Below are positions 26,093 through 39,417 of a stretch of DNA of 64,000 bases, one piece after another. The DNA comes from Spironucleus salmonicida (lineage: Eukaryota), in NCBI RefSeq assembly GCF_000497125.1, contig NC_090601.1, positions 1,550,001 through 1,614,000 on the forward strand. The letters are read 5' to 3'. Position 1 is the first letter of the stretch. Each line of letters starts with the position of its first letter. The notes beneath the pieces were generated by a model, which worked only from the letters and a program-made list of their open reading frames with translations, was not told the DNA's origin and made no database searches. The translations under genes were made by a program, and so were the position numbers.

Positions 26093-26472
26093 GAACAATT
26101 TAAATTTATTAATATTATTTTATATTATATTTAATATTTTAATATTTTTCACTTCTTCGAGAAAATTTGTGCTTAACCGCTGTTATCACATCTGCAGTAG
26201 ATAACTTCTTGAATGCACGCATAGATTTTGATGTATACTTACTTAGTATTATCAGCACATTTTCTAAATATTTATTTTGATTTTATATACGTAAAATCAA
26301 ACATGTAAGTTACTATCAACTTTCATTATAAATTACAGTATATAATTAATAATAGTTGAGTAAAATTTATATGAATAAACGACCAAAAATATCATTTTAT
26401 TTTAATGAAAAATGTAGTATTATAATATATTATTATCAACTTAATTATAATTAATTACACTCCAAATTCCGC

Positions 26473-27759
26473 ATGTCATACTCTGAGACAAAGTAGCTTA
26501 CTCATTTACTATCATAACTTAATTTTACTGTACCTGTGTCATTAGATTCTTTTAGAGTTCCTAATTTCCGTTTAACAGCTTAAATTCTGTAGTTTTTGTT
26601 ATCATTGGCACTACCTGACGTTTAGTTATCACATACTATTACTTCATAGGAAGACCGCGTATATTTTGTGACAACTGCTATTTAAGTAGCTCAACAAAGA
26701 CTCCATTTAAAACTTTCAGCTAGAAGACTTTATGCTGCGGATTCTAATGCAGTACGTGAGCTCTTAAAATTAGCAAATGAGCTCTCAAAATATCTCTATC
26801 TAAAACCAGAGGTGTTAGAGGTAGAAGGGCTGTTCGCTGATTTAACAGGTATTGCTGGGGATTTACGAAATGTGTCATCAGACCTTGTAGAGAAGTCGAC
26901 ATAACTTCTTATCAACCTCAGAAACTCAGGAGATAATGCAGCATAAGTAATTAATTAAGCATTATTAAAGTAGCCTGATGTGATGTAGCTATAGCAAGCT
27001 GTATAAAATAGGATCAATGCCCTCTCCGAGGAAACTCGAAGATTTGATGAAGATATGACAACATCACGTAGAGAAAAAATACACTTGTAAGAGTTATTAA
27101 CTTAAAAGACTTCAGATATCTCGAGAATGTAAGACCGTTTAGACTCTATTAGAACTGCTAAGCCTCCTTTCATTGCTGAGCTTGAATAGGTTGAGTCTGA
27201 GCTAACTAAAATCCATAATGAATATGCCAAAAAACATCGCTCTTTATCATATTTAGAGTCTTAGCTTAAATTCTCAGATGCAAAATAGAATAGAAAGCGT
27301 CAGCTTCAGGACTAGGGGCGTAAAAATTTGATCGATATAATAAATAGGAAAGAAAAGGAAGATATTATTGGAGGAGCAGTAGACCCTTTCATGGTCACGC
27401 CAGCACCTAACAAATCTGAGCCTGCTAGACCTATTAACATCATGGAGTAATAAATTCCTGAGGATGAAGAGGAGGAGTACGTTTATGAGGAAGAAGTTGA
27501 TGAAGAAGAATAGGAAGTTGAAAAGAAACCTTAAGGTAGATAGGCCCCCGTTATGAAGGAGGAAAGCGAAGAACTAGTGGAAGAAGATAATGGTGAAGAA
27601 GAATATGAGGAAGAAGGAGAAATAGAAGGGGATGACGCTTTAGATGAAGATTTAGATATAGCTGAAAGTGGAGATGAAGTTGCTGCTGGTGGAGAAGAGT
27701 TATATGAAGGCGAAGAAGAAGAATACGAAGAGGTTGAGGAAGGCGTTGAGGGTTTCTGA
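26473..27759 (+). CDS. CLUAP1: Clusterin-associated protein 1 / IFT38
   Basis: 'MSYSETKQLTHLLSQLNF...VSLDSFRVPNFRLTAQIL', 'RRLYAADSNAVRELLK', 'KPPFIAE', long acidic tail. Confidence 0.9.
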
Positions 27760-27774
27760 TTCAATATAAATTTT

Positions 27775-28023
27775 TCACATCTGATCTTTCAATTATGTTA
27801 AATAGTCATCAGCTATTTATCCTAATAATTAGGCCGCTTATAGTACTGCTTTTACTGAGCTAACACCTTCTATGGTTTAAACTCTTAATTAAATAGACTC
27901 TTCAGCTGGGTGAGGAACATCATATCCAGCTACTACAACATCAGGATTTTACTATAAACAAAAAGTAAGCGCATTTCCTAGTGTATGATCTTCATCTTAG
28001 AAAACAAAAGTTTTAGCAGACAT
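27775..28023 (-). CDS. RPAC2: RNA polymerase I/III subunit AC19 (RPAC2; Rpb11 family)
   Basis: 'EDHTLGNAL...NPDVVVAGYDVPHPAE...LRVQT'. Confidence 0.8.
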
Positions 28024-28089
28024 TAGAAGTGAAAATAAAAAGATATTATTTATATGAATATATTGTTTGTAATATATTTCCAAAATTTA

Positions 28090-29070
28090 ATGTCCATATA
28101 ATTTTCAAACTAAGGGATTACAGGTACACATCCTTTTTTCTATCAAAGACCTACCCGCCCATTTGATTGGTAAGAATTTGCATCAAGAGATATCGATATG
28201 ATTTGTAATAATTCAGATATTTAATAATTAGGACCACTTATTCAATCGCTAGTACACGGTGATTTAAATGCATCATTACAAGGAATTAATGTTCCTGCAT
28301 GGGTTGGAAGAGTTTTTTAAAGTCAATAACTTTTTGCTTAATATTTACTTTATGTACAAGAATAATTATAAATTTAACTTCAACAACCTAGAATCGGTGA
28401 AAAAGAAAACGAAATGTAAGCTTAAATCAATGATTTGAAACGTTAGCTAAAAGCTGAGAGGCAGAAACGGTAAGCAGATACAATGATGTTAAGACTAGCA
28501 AGTTTAAAACCAGAATTAGTAGAACATATGCCAAGATGTTTAGAATGTGGTAAAGCATTTGGAGACTATTAATTTTTAGTTAGTCATTATATGAGAAGGC
28601 ATCCAGGATGTGAGATACCACCACCACCAATGCCTACTATTCCTTTTGAACTTAAATGCAACCATGAACCAGTAAGGGAGATCATCAAAGAAGTCATTGT
28701 TGAAAAACCTGTTTATATTGAAAAAGAAGTCTAGCCACCTAAACCTTAAAGTACATCGCAGACGGAGTCTGATATTTTTTTAACCGCTAAAGAACTAAAG
28801 TAGTAAACAAATTTCTCAGATGAACCATTAATTCTAAACTAAGGTGTTTATTAATCCTCACCTCAATTTTTCTAAACTGGAACCTATCACGCAACGCCAG
28901 CATAAAACTCTTAATTTAACGCAGGGTATAAGCTACCAAATAGTCAATAACTTTCAAATATTTAACTAGGTACGTATCGTCCAGATGATGATTCATTTAC
29001 ATGCGCATTTCAACATTCTCCTGCGGAAATTGCTGCGATAAGGGCCTAACTAGAAAGGCAAATATAATGA
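28090..29070 (+). CDS. DZIP1/Iguana-like C2H2 zinc finger ciliary protein
   Basis: 'FDWQEFASRDIDMI', 'QLFAQYLLYVQE', 'CLECGKAF...LVSHYMRRHP'. Confidence 0.8.
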
Positions 29071-29080
29071 AGCAGATTTT

Positions 29081-29320
29081 TCACTTTAATTTTTAAATTT
29101 CCTCATCAATATTAGGGTAAGATTATTGTATTTATTAGAACACTGTTTCTTCGCCATATACATCTTCTAATGGTTAAATAACGAGAGAGTAAAATACTGA
29201 GATCTGGTCATCTGTCATCTTAGGGATTTCATTTTTTAGGAAACTATTCTTATCTTCCTACGGCATACGGGCGTAAATCCTCGGATCGCGCATAATTAAA
29301 GCAAATTACTCTGCATCCAT
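29081..29320 (-). CDS. Small hypothetical protein (79 aa), paralog of 25718-26092
   Basis: 'IPKMTDDQISVFYSLVIQPLE'; ends at AGTGA. Confidence 0.7.
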
Positions 29321-29364
29321 TTTAATAATTTTAGTAAATAATACTATATAATAAAATTCACTAA

Positions 29365-30915
29365 TCATTCTTTTGCTTTTAGAGTAAATTTCTTTACCTA
29401 ACTAGGTGGTGGTACCCGTATTTCCACTTTCAGCTCAACATCATATCCCCATAGTTTACCTAGTTTTTCCCGTATATTATCCTTTTGTTAGTTAAAATCT
29501 TCTGTTTCAGTAATAAACATTCCAATAGTCTCCAATCTAATTTAATTCACATTATAACCTTTAGATTAACTGATAACTTTACATGTATCATGCAAATTAA
29601 ATAAATCTAACTCAATATCGATATCATTTAATAGATCTTCCACTTCCTCATCAGATTTAAAATAGTCTAATTTCCTTACTAAAACTTATTAGCAAGTATC
29701 ACTTTTATGACTCAGAGATTTCTACGCTATATAAAACTAATTTTTTCGCTCCGGTTATTTACTTTTGCTTACTTAAGCTTGATTTACTACATCAGCAACA
29801 CAGCTCTCTAACAACTAAAAAAGCTTCTATATAACATCTTTTTCATTGTTATGCTGAAAACTGACAATTTCACCATATTCATACCTAAGTATTTTACAAT
29901 CAAATTGACGTTTTTAACTAATTATTTCAAATAACAGATTTTAATTAGCATTTTTTGTATTGAAAATGACATTGGCAATATCGAAAATAGCTTTTTTAAT
30001 ATCATCTTTTGTAATCTAACTAGCAAACTACCAGTCCTAGAAAAAAATATTTTTCTTTCCATTTACGTAAGGTTTTACAATTAAAATTCTTTTATTTGAC
30101 AACTTACCTTTGTAAAAACTTTAAGCTTAACTTCGCGCGAAACGAATATATAATGCGTTAAATAATAATTACATTTATGGTGATAAATCTTCCTAACTCA
30201 AATCTAAGTCTATTTCATTTTAACCTTCTAATCCTAAAAAATTACAAATGAATTTAAAAGTTGAGTTCAAGTCGGAAATAGACAATGGCGCATTCCTGAG
30301 TGCTGCAGATACCTTTAAGAGCTACTTCACTGTAACAAACGTTGTATTAGTTTCAAAATAAACTGGATCAGTTTGGGGCCTTTTAATATCGAAGTTTAGA
30401 AAAGTTGGTGGTGACATTCTTGCCCCGCTGATATGTTTTTCCATAAATAAAGTTTTTTATCGCGGAATGGGTTCTTTAAAAATTAAATTTTCTATCTATA
30501 TTTTGAGTGATTCGTAAGATAGATTGTAGTAAGAGTATATTTCATTGTTAAATTTATCATTAGGCGAAATATTGAGGCATGTCCACTTGATTGTTGCAAA
30601 AGATGTATCTTTGATTTCTGAGAGTTACAAGTTTTATAGATTTGGATAAAGCTATATTAAATATGTAAGCTAATCTATTATAGTGTCTAAATATGGAGGA
30701 CAATCAAGTTCAACAATTCCAAATGGAGCTTCTATTTTAAGATATATTAGATTAGGGATAAAAAATAGTGGTTAATTATTAATTAGCGCGAGATGGCCTT
30801 ATGGTCTATCAAGGAACTTAAAAAATGATGATATTGGTGCTGAATGTGGATAAGCAGAATGGGGAATGACATCTAACACTGGTGTTAGAGCCTGAAGTAA
30901 GGAAGAGTAGTCCAT
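29365..30915 (-). CDS. Hypothetical protein, N-terminal DUF789-like region
   Basis: 516-aa code-6 ORF; 'LLQALTPVL' and 'ELDCPPYLDTIIDQLTYLIQLYPNLQNLQLSEIKDTSFATIKW'. Confidence 0.55.
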
Positions 30916-31129
30916 TTCAAGTGGAAGGAAAAAATATATTTATATATTAATAATAATAAGCACAATTGGATGATAAGGTTGATAAGTAATATATGTAAAC
31001 AATAATGATTTTAATTTTTATATACATAAATAATAATTCGCAATATATAATACTGGGTATAGTAGCATTTAGAATAAATTTTCTAAAAGAGTAAAATATT
31101 ATTTAAAAAGAAAAGGAAACTATCACTGA

Positions 31130-31408
31130 TCAATCTAAACCAAGATTGAAATCGTAATTAATGGTGTATTCATCTTCTACAAAATTTAGTAGGGGTAAAT
31201 AAAGCATATTGAATTGCTTTTATGGCTATTCAGATGAAGTTTTACTTCTTTATGTCCAGAGATCAAAGCATTATCTAGGTGTCTTACTAACTTCAGCAGA
31301 TATTACTTTCCAACTAATTCTAGTCTTTCCACAAGATAGTTGAGAAGAAACTAGGCTTAGCATTTTTTCAATTTGAGGTTCTGTCCAACGTTAGTACGTA
31401 CGTTTCAT
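31130..31408 (-). CDS. Single-repeat Myb/SANT protein
   Basis: 'YQRWTEPQIEKML...RISWKVISAEVSKTPRQCFDLW'. Confidence 0.85.
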
Positions 31409-32608
31409 TTATTGAACACATAGAATATCGATTAATTACTATTAATATTAATACTATTAAGTAGCACATTATTTTTGGCAATAAAATAAAATTTGTAGTT
31501 ATGATCAATTAATTTTGTGTAAAGTATGCAATAATAGTCAATTAATAATACAGTAAATTGAAATAGTATTATCATAAAATGTAAGTAATGGATTATTCCA
31601 TGTTTTACCTTTTCAAGCAAGAATATGATGTATTGCATGATATACATTATTATAGTATTTACACGTTACCTTCATTTAGTATAATTTATACCATAATATT
31701 AGTATAACCTTTTCTAATATAAACGACAAAATAATGTTCACATTACACATTTCCAAAAAATATACTTACTATATTTTATTAAATTAGCAGGAAATAATTC
31801 GATACTCAGGTCGAGTTTAATTAATATTAGCTTATTAGTGTGAATTACTAAATATTCCATAAAAAGTTAATCAATTTTATCGGAATAAATTATTTTAATT
31901 AATCAATATAATTATATTTACAAATGTATATTTGAGGTAAATTTTCGAGAAAATCGATTATTCACTAACTAATATAATGCTATTTATAGTTTCATATATC
32001 ACAAGTTAAATAATTATTATATATTTAATTATATTAAGTAAAATGAACAATTATTCATAAGTATCAGAAAAAACATATACTTACATAGATTTTCCTTCAC
32101 AATAAGTATTTATATGAAGTTAAAGTGATACATCCAATAAATCGCTTATCATTACCGTAACTTTTTAGGATTCAATATCAATATAGTTGGCTTCAGTATT
32201 AAAATTATTGCCCTATAAATAATGGTATAAATTAAGGTGACAACTTATAAAATTTAATATTCAATTCGATAGCCGTAATTAGAACAAAATAGTAGATAAA
32301 AATACTCAAAATATCTACATATTACTGTTATACGCTCATTTTTATAGTTAATCTAAAGTGAAATAATAATTTAATACTATAACCAATCTATTATTTTATA
32401 CATATATCATAAGACTATATAACTTAATGTTACTTTTGAGGGTTAGATGAATGATAAAAAATTAATTATTTCATTAGTTTTTAATAATTAAATTAAGTAC
32501 TTTATAATGAATAAAATATATTTAGCAATATATTATAGATTCAGTCTACTTTAAATAATACTATTCTAAAATGATATATAATTGATAACACTCCTAATCT
32601 CACTTTTA

Positions 32609-33775
32609 ATGATAAAGCTTCTGGTTTCTCTTCCTTCTTTTGCTCTGCCACTGTTCTTCCTTCTGCTAGGACCAATGATATATTATAAGAAACGTCTAAA
32701 ATTAACCAAAACATAATTTATTTAATTTGATGATTTATCAATTTCCGCAGGCGCATTTACTGATATCGGCCCTAGACCAACTAATGAAGACTAACATATT
32801 ATATCGACCAAATCAAATTTTTTAACTGCAGTTATTTTTGATGGTCATTGTGGAGATGCTGCATCCACTATGGCAGCTGAGGAATTTCTTTTGAACTTTG
32901 AAAAAATGCCATAAAATGACGATATTTTTAATAAGTTTACAGATATTAATATGTTTATTAAAGAAAATACATCCTCTGGATGTACTGTTTGCTCTCTTTT
33001 TGTACAGGGAAGAGATATAAAAGTCGCAAATGTAGGAGATTCAAGGTGTGTAGTTGTGCGTCAAACCGGAGGCATCGCTATTAGTAAAGATCATAAACCA
33101 TCCCGACCAAGCGAGAAAGCTAGAATTATGTAAAATGGTGGAAATGTTCGAAGCATTAATCTTGGTGTCTGTAGAATGTTTCCAGGTGGCCTCAGCGTGA
33201 GTAGAGCACTAGGTGACCGTGAAATGGAGTTAGTTTCTGGAATTCCTGAAATATTTGAGGGATAAATTTAAGATATAGATGAAGCTATTATTGTTGCTTG
33301 TGATGGTCTATGGGACATTTTTTCTCCAGATGAGGTTGCAAACTTTTTGAATAAGCATCGCCCAGATGCTCAGATAAAAGGTATTGAACATGTTAAGTCT
33401 CTTAGCTCAGCAGAAAATGTATTTTTTAGAGGATTATCCCAGGTTGTTTTAGAAATGTATGGCAAAATAAAAGCATTTGTTTTTTAGAGAGATGACAACT
33501 TTGAATTGAATTAAGAGCAACTATTACATGCAGATGCTATAGCAGCATAAATTATAGCATAAAAACTAGTTGATTCTGCATTATTACGAAACTCATAAGA
33601 TAATGTTAGTGTTATTGTTAACTTAATCCGTCAAAAGAATACTCCTACTACTATTAAGTAATGGAGAATTATATCGCGATAAAAACCGACCATTAATGAA
33701 AAATCTTAAGACTAGCGTTATTAATCCTATCATTCCGATGAAGACAGTAGCTTGTAATTTTTACATTTAGATTGA
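32609..33775 (+). CDS. Protein phosphatase 2C with N-terminal hydrophobic anchor
   Basis: 'RPTNED', 'FDGHCG', 'ANVGDSR', 'DHKP', 'SRALGD', 'ACDGLWD', 'DNVSV'. Confidence 0.93.
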
Positions 33776-33903
33776 ATTATTTTGTATTATTATTTATTTA
33801 TCCTAGCATAGTGTATATATAATTATAAAAAATAGTTTCATTCTTAAAGTAAATTTAAATTATATTATAAGTATTTAAATATATATCTTGATTTATTAAT
33901 TAA

Positions 33904-34083
33904 ATGGATCGAACTTCTAACTAGTCGGATATATTTTTAACAGCCCCAAGTGCTTTAAGTACGGTGAGGAATATAGATGCACATTCTCTTAGATAATTAG
34001 TATATACAGAAGATATGAATTACTTTATTTTTGAGACTGACGAAAATTCTATATAATATTTTGAATTTGAAGAGTCTAAATGA
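33904..34083 (+). CDS. Small hypothetical protein (59 aa)
   Basis: MDRTSNQS...EESK* between AT-rich spacers. Confidence 0.5.
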
Positions 34084-34168
34084 ATCATATATTATTTATT
34101 ATAAAATAATTTATTAATATTTTATAATATATACTTATAAATCTACAAGTGGAAACTTGAACATTTTA

Positions 34169-34948
34169 ATGAACTAATTCATATTTTACCAGAGAATATA
34201 AGATCATTCATAAAAAACAGTATGCAAGGAAATTTGGATTAATTGGATTAATTATGAGATTAAATTAGTGAAAAGAATAAATACGAATTAAAGTATTGAC
34301 CTGTAATACTAACTAATAAATGAAATTAATATAATTTCAGAGATTAATGAACCATTTATTGTTAAAACGCATGGATATCTGACAGATCATTTTTAAAATA
34401 TTTTGTTATTCCAAGATTACTATAGTAAAGGAACATTAAGAGATAATCTGTCAATGCTGTCAGAAAAGCAAAAACTAGTTATAATTTTTAAAATAGCTTA
34501 AGCCATTAGTTCATTAAATTATAAATTTAATGTTGTGTATAGAAATTTATCGCCTGATAACATTCTATTATTAGATGATTTAAGCCCGATTTTAGATAAT
34601 TTTGGAATATCGAAATAGTTATCTTTTACCTATTAAAAAATGAGTAAAGTCTTATAATTTTCAATCTATAATGCTCCCGAAATTTATTAGGGTAGTTATT
34701 AGTTATTTGTGGATGTGTGGAGTTTAGGTGTTCTAGTTATCTGGATGTTTACAGGTAAGGAGTTTGAAATGGAATATTATATGCTAAAAAGATATGAATA
34801 GTTGAATTTACCAGACATTTTAACAGATAAGCTACCCGCGTTTGGTCTCAGCTTCCTTGAGTTATTACTCGAAGTTGATCCATCTAAGCGACCTGACATA
34901 AAACTGATTACGAACTTATTATAGAAATTAATTGAGATCTCTAAATGA
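34169..34948 (+). CDS. Protein kinase-fold protein, probable pseudokinase (NEK-like)
   Basis: 'YRNLSPDNILL', 'DNFGISK', 'APE', 'DVWSLG', 'DPSKRP'; HRD and DFG aspartates replaced by Asn. Confidence 0.85.
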
Positions 34949-34979
34949 GAATATTTTCCATCCAGATTTTAATTTTAAA

Positions 34980-35258
34980 ATGCCCAAATAATATCAAAAG
35001 TGGGATGAACATGATGTGTAAATAATAATGGAAGCAGTGGCTAAACAGAAATCACTCAACTCTAGAATAAATTGGAATATTATTATGACCCTGGTAAAGA
35101 ATAAAACTCGTAGATAATGTTACGATATGTGGCTCACTAGAGCTGAAAAAGTAAAAATATAAAATGCATAGTAGAAAAAATTTAAAATAAATGAGGAATT
35201 TCATCCTGAAAATGAGGCAGTATCTCCTGTTCCATTCCTGTTAAGTTTATCTTTCTGA
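34980..35258 (+). CDS. Single-repeat Myb/SANT protein
   Basis: 'YQKWDEHDVQIIM...RINWNIIMTLVKNKTRRQCYDMW'. Confidence 0.85.
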
Positions 35259-35273
35259 AAATACAGATTGTTA

Positions 35274-36413
35274 TCACTTAGTTACTTCAAGCACATGAGA
35301 TTTCCAACATTCTGCTAGTTTAGTGCATTATATTGTAAGCTCATTTGTGCTAAATACTCCAAAAAGTTTACCTTTAAACGTTCCACAGTGTAGTTATGTA
35401 ATGGGTACTGATACCTTATTGACCATTTATGCTCCAAATTTAATATCTAATGCAGAATCTAAACTTAAAGTTCCCATATTGCTGGTATAATCCGAATAAT
35501 ATGATTCCAAAGCCATCAGTTGGTTATTATATTTTCTATTTCTCATAATCTGACTCAGTTAATTGTAGAAATTACCAGTAAGTTCTCTAAGTTATGTTGT
35601 CAGTATTTGTGCTGTTACGACAAAATTATTTTAAACATCAAGGTTATTAGACTAAAGGATTAAACTTTCGGCAAGCGAACCTATTTATTGTTATTTTGTT
35701 AAATTGGCTGCTACCATTATCCCTATAGTATTATTGTCTGATTATTAAAGTATAGTTTATTTTGATAGAATGCTTGTTAGAGAAAATAATATTTAGGGAG
35801 AGATTTAGTGAGATTTACAAAAATTTGTAATTTATAGTGATTGTATGTTAGAAAAAGTAATGATTTTATATGGAGAGTTATTTTATCCAGATTATAAAGT
35901 AAATTATTTTACATTCTATTTTAGATCTTTATATACTGTATCATTAGTCAGCCTTAATGGCATAAGTTATGGGATTGTAACTAGACTTTTTTGTTATATT
36001 TCTTTTCCTTTTAAGATTGAAACAAAATCTTGAATAATAATTAAAAGTGACTAAAGGTCTGATATTGAGTGATTTATAAGAAAATGTGTAAATGTTGTTA
36101 ATCCTTAGCTAAAAAAAGCTTAAAATGAAGAATCTTAGTCAATATTTTCGTAATGAAATAAATAATTCATAGACTCTTCTGCAGATTTTTTTCTTGTAAT
36201 TTCTACAAATTTTTAATATAAATCCGATTATATAACTTAGGTTTGAGTCAAATTAGACTTTAAAATTGGGATATTATTTTGTAAAACCTTTATTGAGTTT
36301 TATAGTTGCAACTCTGAAACGTATGGAAATTCCACAAATAAATGAACCCATATATTAGTTTAAGACTGCTAGTATGGATCTAGTTCGTATAATATTTTAG
36401 AACGATTTATCAT
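35274..36413 (-). CDS. CoA-dependent acyltransferase/condensation-fold-like protein with HxxxD
   Basis: 'SAEESMNY...QAFFSQGLTTFTHFLINHSISD'; paralog of 21345-22517. Confidence 0.55.
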
Positions 36414-37213
36414 TTTATATGAAATTAAAAATTAAAATAACTTATAATGCTAAATATAATTTATATTAGTCGAAATAGTTTTATGTAAAGTTTGAAGGTT
36501 AAAATTAGCATTTTGATAATTGATTTATTAATTTATAATATACTTTCTTATCTTTGACTGCAGGTTTTACTTATAAAAGTGAATATTTTAACCAAACTAT
36601 TACACCGCAATTCATCATATTTTTACAAATCATATGTTCTGGTAGATAAATATATCATAGTAATATTAGTTAAAATGCGGTATACTTATTATTCAAATAT
36701 TTCAAGAATATCAGAAGAGTACTTTTGTTAAAGACAAATAAGATATATTTCAAACCACAGTATAAATATTAATAGCATATTATATAATAAGGTTTAGTAG
36801 CCATACAAAAATAGACACTGCAAATTAATACTATTTATACGGTCTATAAAAATTATTTTGATTTCACAATAAATTTATAGGCAAAGTTATAATTAAGGAA
36901 TGCTTTAAGCAATAATCTGCAACCTACTCATTAGTATATTATGAATTGGTAACATATCTAATAATTATATGTAGAAAACTCTTTTTGTTAGGTAAAATAG
37001 AATATTTAGTAAGAAGTAAAATTTGTACTAATATATTGGACTTTAAAAGTTATAATATTTACTATATTTAGATTATTAATTAATTCTATTTTAGATTTCT
37101 ATCAATTATTGACGCTGCTCCTTATTTCCAATTATATGAATTAATTTTCATTTGTTTTAGAAGTGGAGATATAATCATTTTTATAAATGATTTCATAAAC
37201 CACTCCTTTCAGA

Positions 37214-37945
37214 ATGAATTTAGATTTTCTAAACCCTCGTATTTTACCAATGAAACCAAACGAAATTAAGCTATTTCACAAGAAAGAATAATTATTATTA
37301 TGTAATTATTTAAAATAATCTAAATTGGACTAAAAATCCTCTAAATAACTTCAGAAAGAACTAAAGCAGGTACATGACGCCGATTTAGAATAAAAAGACG
37401 AGGAAGAAGATTATTTAGCCTAAATAAAATAATTAAACAAGTAAAATACTGATACGAAACTTCTAGAATAGTTGGAAAAATCAAAATAGTAAAATAGTAT
37501 TTAGTAACATTATTTAAAAAATGAGAAACTTGACCGTAAGCAAATAGAATAAAATAAAATTCGTGAAATACTAAATAATAGAAATAAATAGTAATAAGTA
37601 GTACCAGGTGATGGAGATTGTTTGTTTTCGGCTATTGAATTTGGTTCTCAAACAGTAAATTTGAGACGTAAAATGCTTGATTTTGTAAATGAAAATGACG
37701 AAACACGTTAACTTGTATAAGATCTTACAGGAGATGTTAGTGGCTGGGCCAAAAGGCTTGAAAAGGATTGGGGAGATGAGCTTGAAATAGCAATTTTAAG
37801 TAAAATGCTAGGAGCAAAAATATCAGTTTATAAAGTTGGTGGTGTTATAGAGTATGGTTAGGAGAATCTAATTGAAATTGAAATATGCTATTTACGATAT
37901 GGTGTGGGCGGTTTTGGGCATTATAATGCTATTGTTAATAAATGA
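37214..37945 (+). CDS. OTU-domain deubiquitinase (OTUD6/Otu2-like)
   Basis: 'PGDGDCLFSAI', 'WGDELEI', 'GHYNA'. Confidence 0.92.
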
Positions 37946-37956
37946 AATTCGAAATA

Positions 37957-39417
37957 TCACTTTTTAAGCAGTTTATTGAAGAATGACTTGATCTTAGACT
38001 GACCATGCGTACCAACGATTTCGCTGGTAGATTGGTTAAAAATAATTGTTCTTTATGTCTTGTCCAGTACATAATTTAGCACTGTACAAGTGTTGATAAG
38101 GAGATTGGCACTTTAAAGAGATATTTTTGGGTCAAAATTATCTAGTTAAATGCTTCTAAAATCGTCCGAGCTCACGTGGTCTAAGAAGAAAAGTAGAATT
38201 TTCTCTCGAATTTCTTCATCAAAAGATGTTAAATCAATATCTATTACATCATTTCCAGTCTCTTTTGGTTATGACAGTTTAAAGTCTAAATGTTTTTAAA
38301 AGAGTTATTTTGAATTTTCAAATTCTACTGTAGGGAGCTTCACTAGGAATTTATCATGTTTATTTGACATCGGTATTTAAAACTCTAAAATTTATGAAAA
38401 ATATCTATCAGAAAGTGCCATTTCAACTAGAAATGATAGATTTACTGCTTCAAAATCAACTTATTATGGTTATGATGTAAGTTTAATAGATTTAAAAGAT
38501 AATTTTAAAGGTTTATTGTCCATTTTATCTATCCACCTACTAAAAGCTATTTCCCCGTGATCAAGCCAGGTATAAATTGGATAACCAATGTATCTGAGTC
38601 CTTTTTGATCTTTCTTAATTTACAAATCAGCTAATATTTCGTTAAATTTTTCAAAATATTACTTAGTTGAATATCTAACTTATGTGTCTGGTGAAATGGA
38701 AAATGACTCTACTCTTGTATCTATAAGTTAAGAAAGTGATATACTATTTTAGCGTTTTGATAGTGGAGGTGGTAAAAGTGGGCTTAATTGGACCTAGTCT
38801 TTTACTAAGAATGGAATTGGCACTCCGTTTGAGTCAAATTATTATAGTAAATCGTTAAGCTTCATCTCTTTAGGGTTTTCTAACTCCAAAATTTCTTCAT
38901 GGTTTTCTGTATTATCAATGTTATTTTCAGAAGTACTTGAAACCTAATTAATCGAATCTTTTAGATCCATATCAAGATTCTATGATATCTCACTTTTATT
39001 TGATAATTATACAATACTTGATTCATTATTTTTAGTATCAGCTAACTATTCGTCAACTTCAGTTATTTCTTATTAGTGTTAAGATTTATTAAACAATTCA
39101 TAATTACCAATTTAGTTAATTTTCGCCAGATTAGATATTATTTAGCAAACGAAATTTATATTATCATCGTTAAAGCTGTTTATTGCATTATCTTATATAT
39201 TCATCTCTGGTAGTAAATCTGATGCTTATTCCATAAAATAATTTATATTTAGCTATTTATCGTTATCTGATGTTTCGAAATTTGATTCTTATTATATTTT
39301 AGCAATAAGTTTACATAGTATAACTCCATCTTCTATAACTAACAGTATAGATTAAGATTTGTCGACTTCACTGAAAAGATCAGCAAGATACTATTTCGCT
39401 TATTCTTGAATCGACAT
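37957..39417 (-). CDS. Calponin-homology domain protein with possible C-terminal BTB-like region
   Basis: 'IEDGVILCKLI...NINYF' (CH); ORF ends at AGTGA. Confidence 0.65.

Noticed and set aside
26149-26304. 51-codon minus-strand ORF ending at AGTGA
   Set aside because: Short, no motif; cannot be separated from chance.
31420-32600. Long AT-rich gaps (also 36420-37200, 39420-40190, 43280-44248, 54300-54960)
   Set aside because: No convincing ORF, tRNA, rRNA or repeat recognisable by eye; treated as intergenic, though ncRNAs cannot be excluded.
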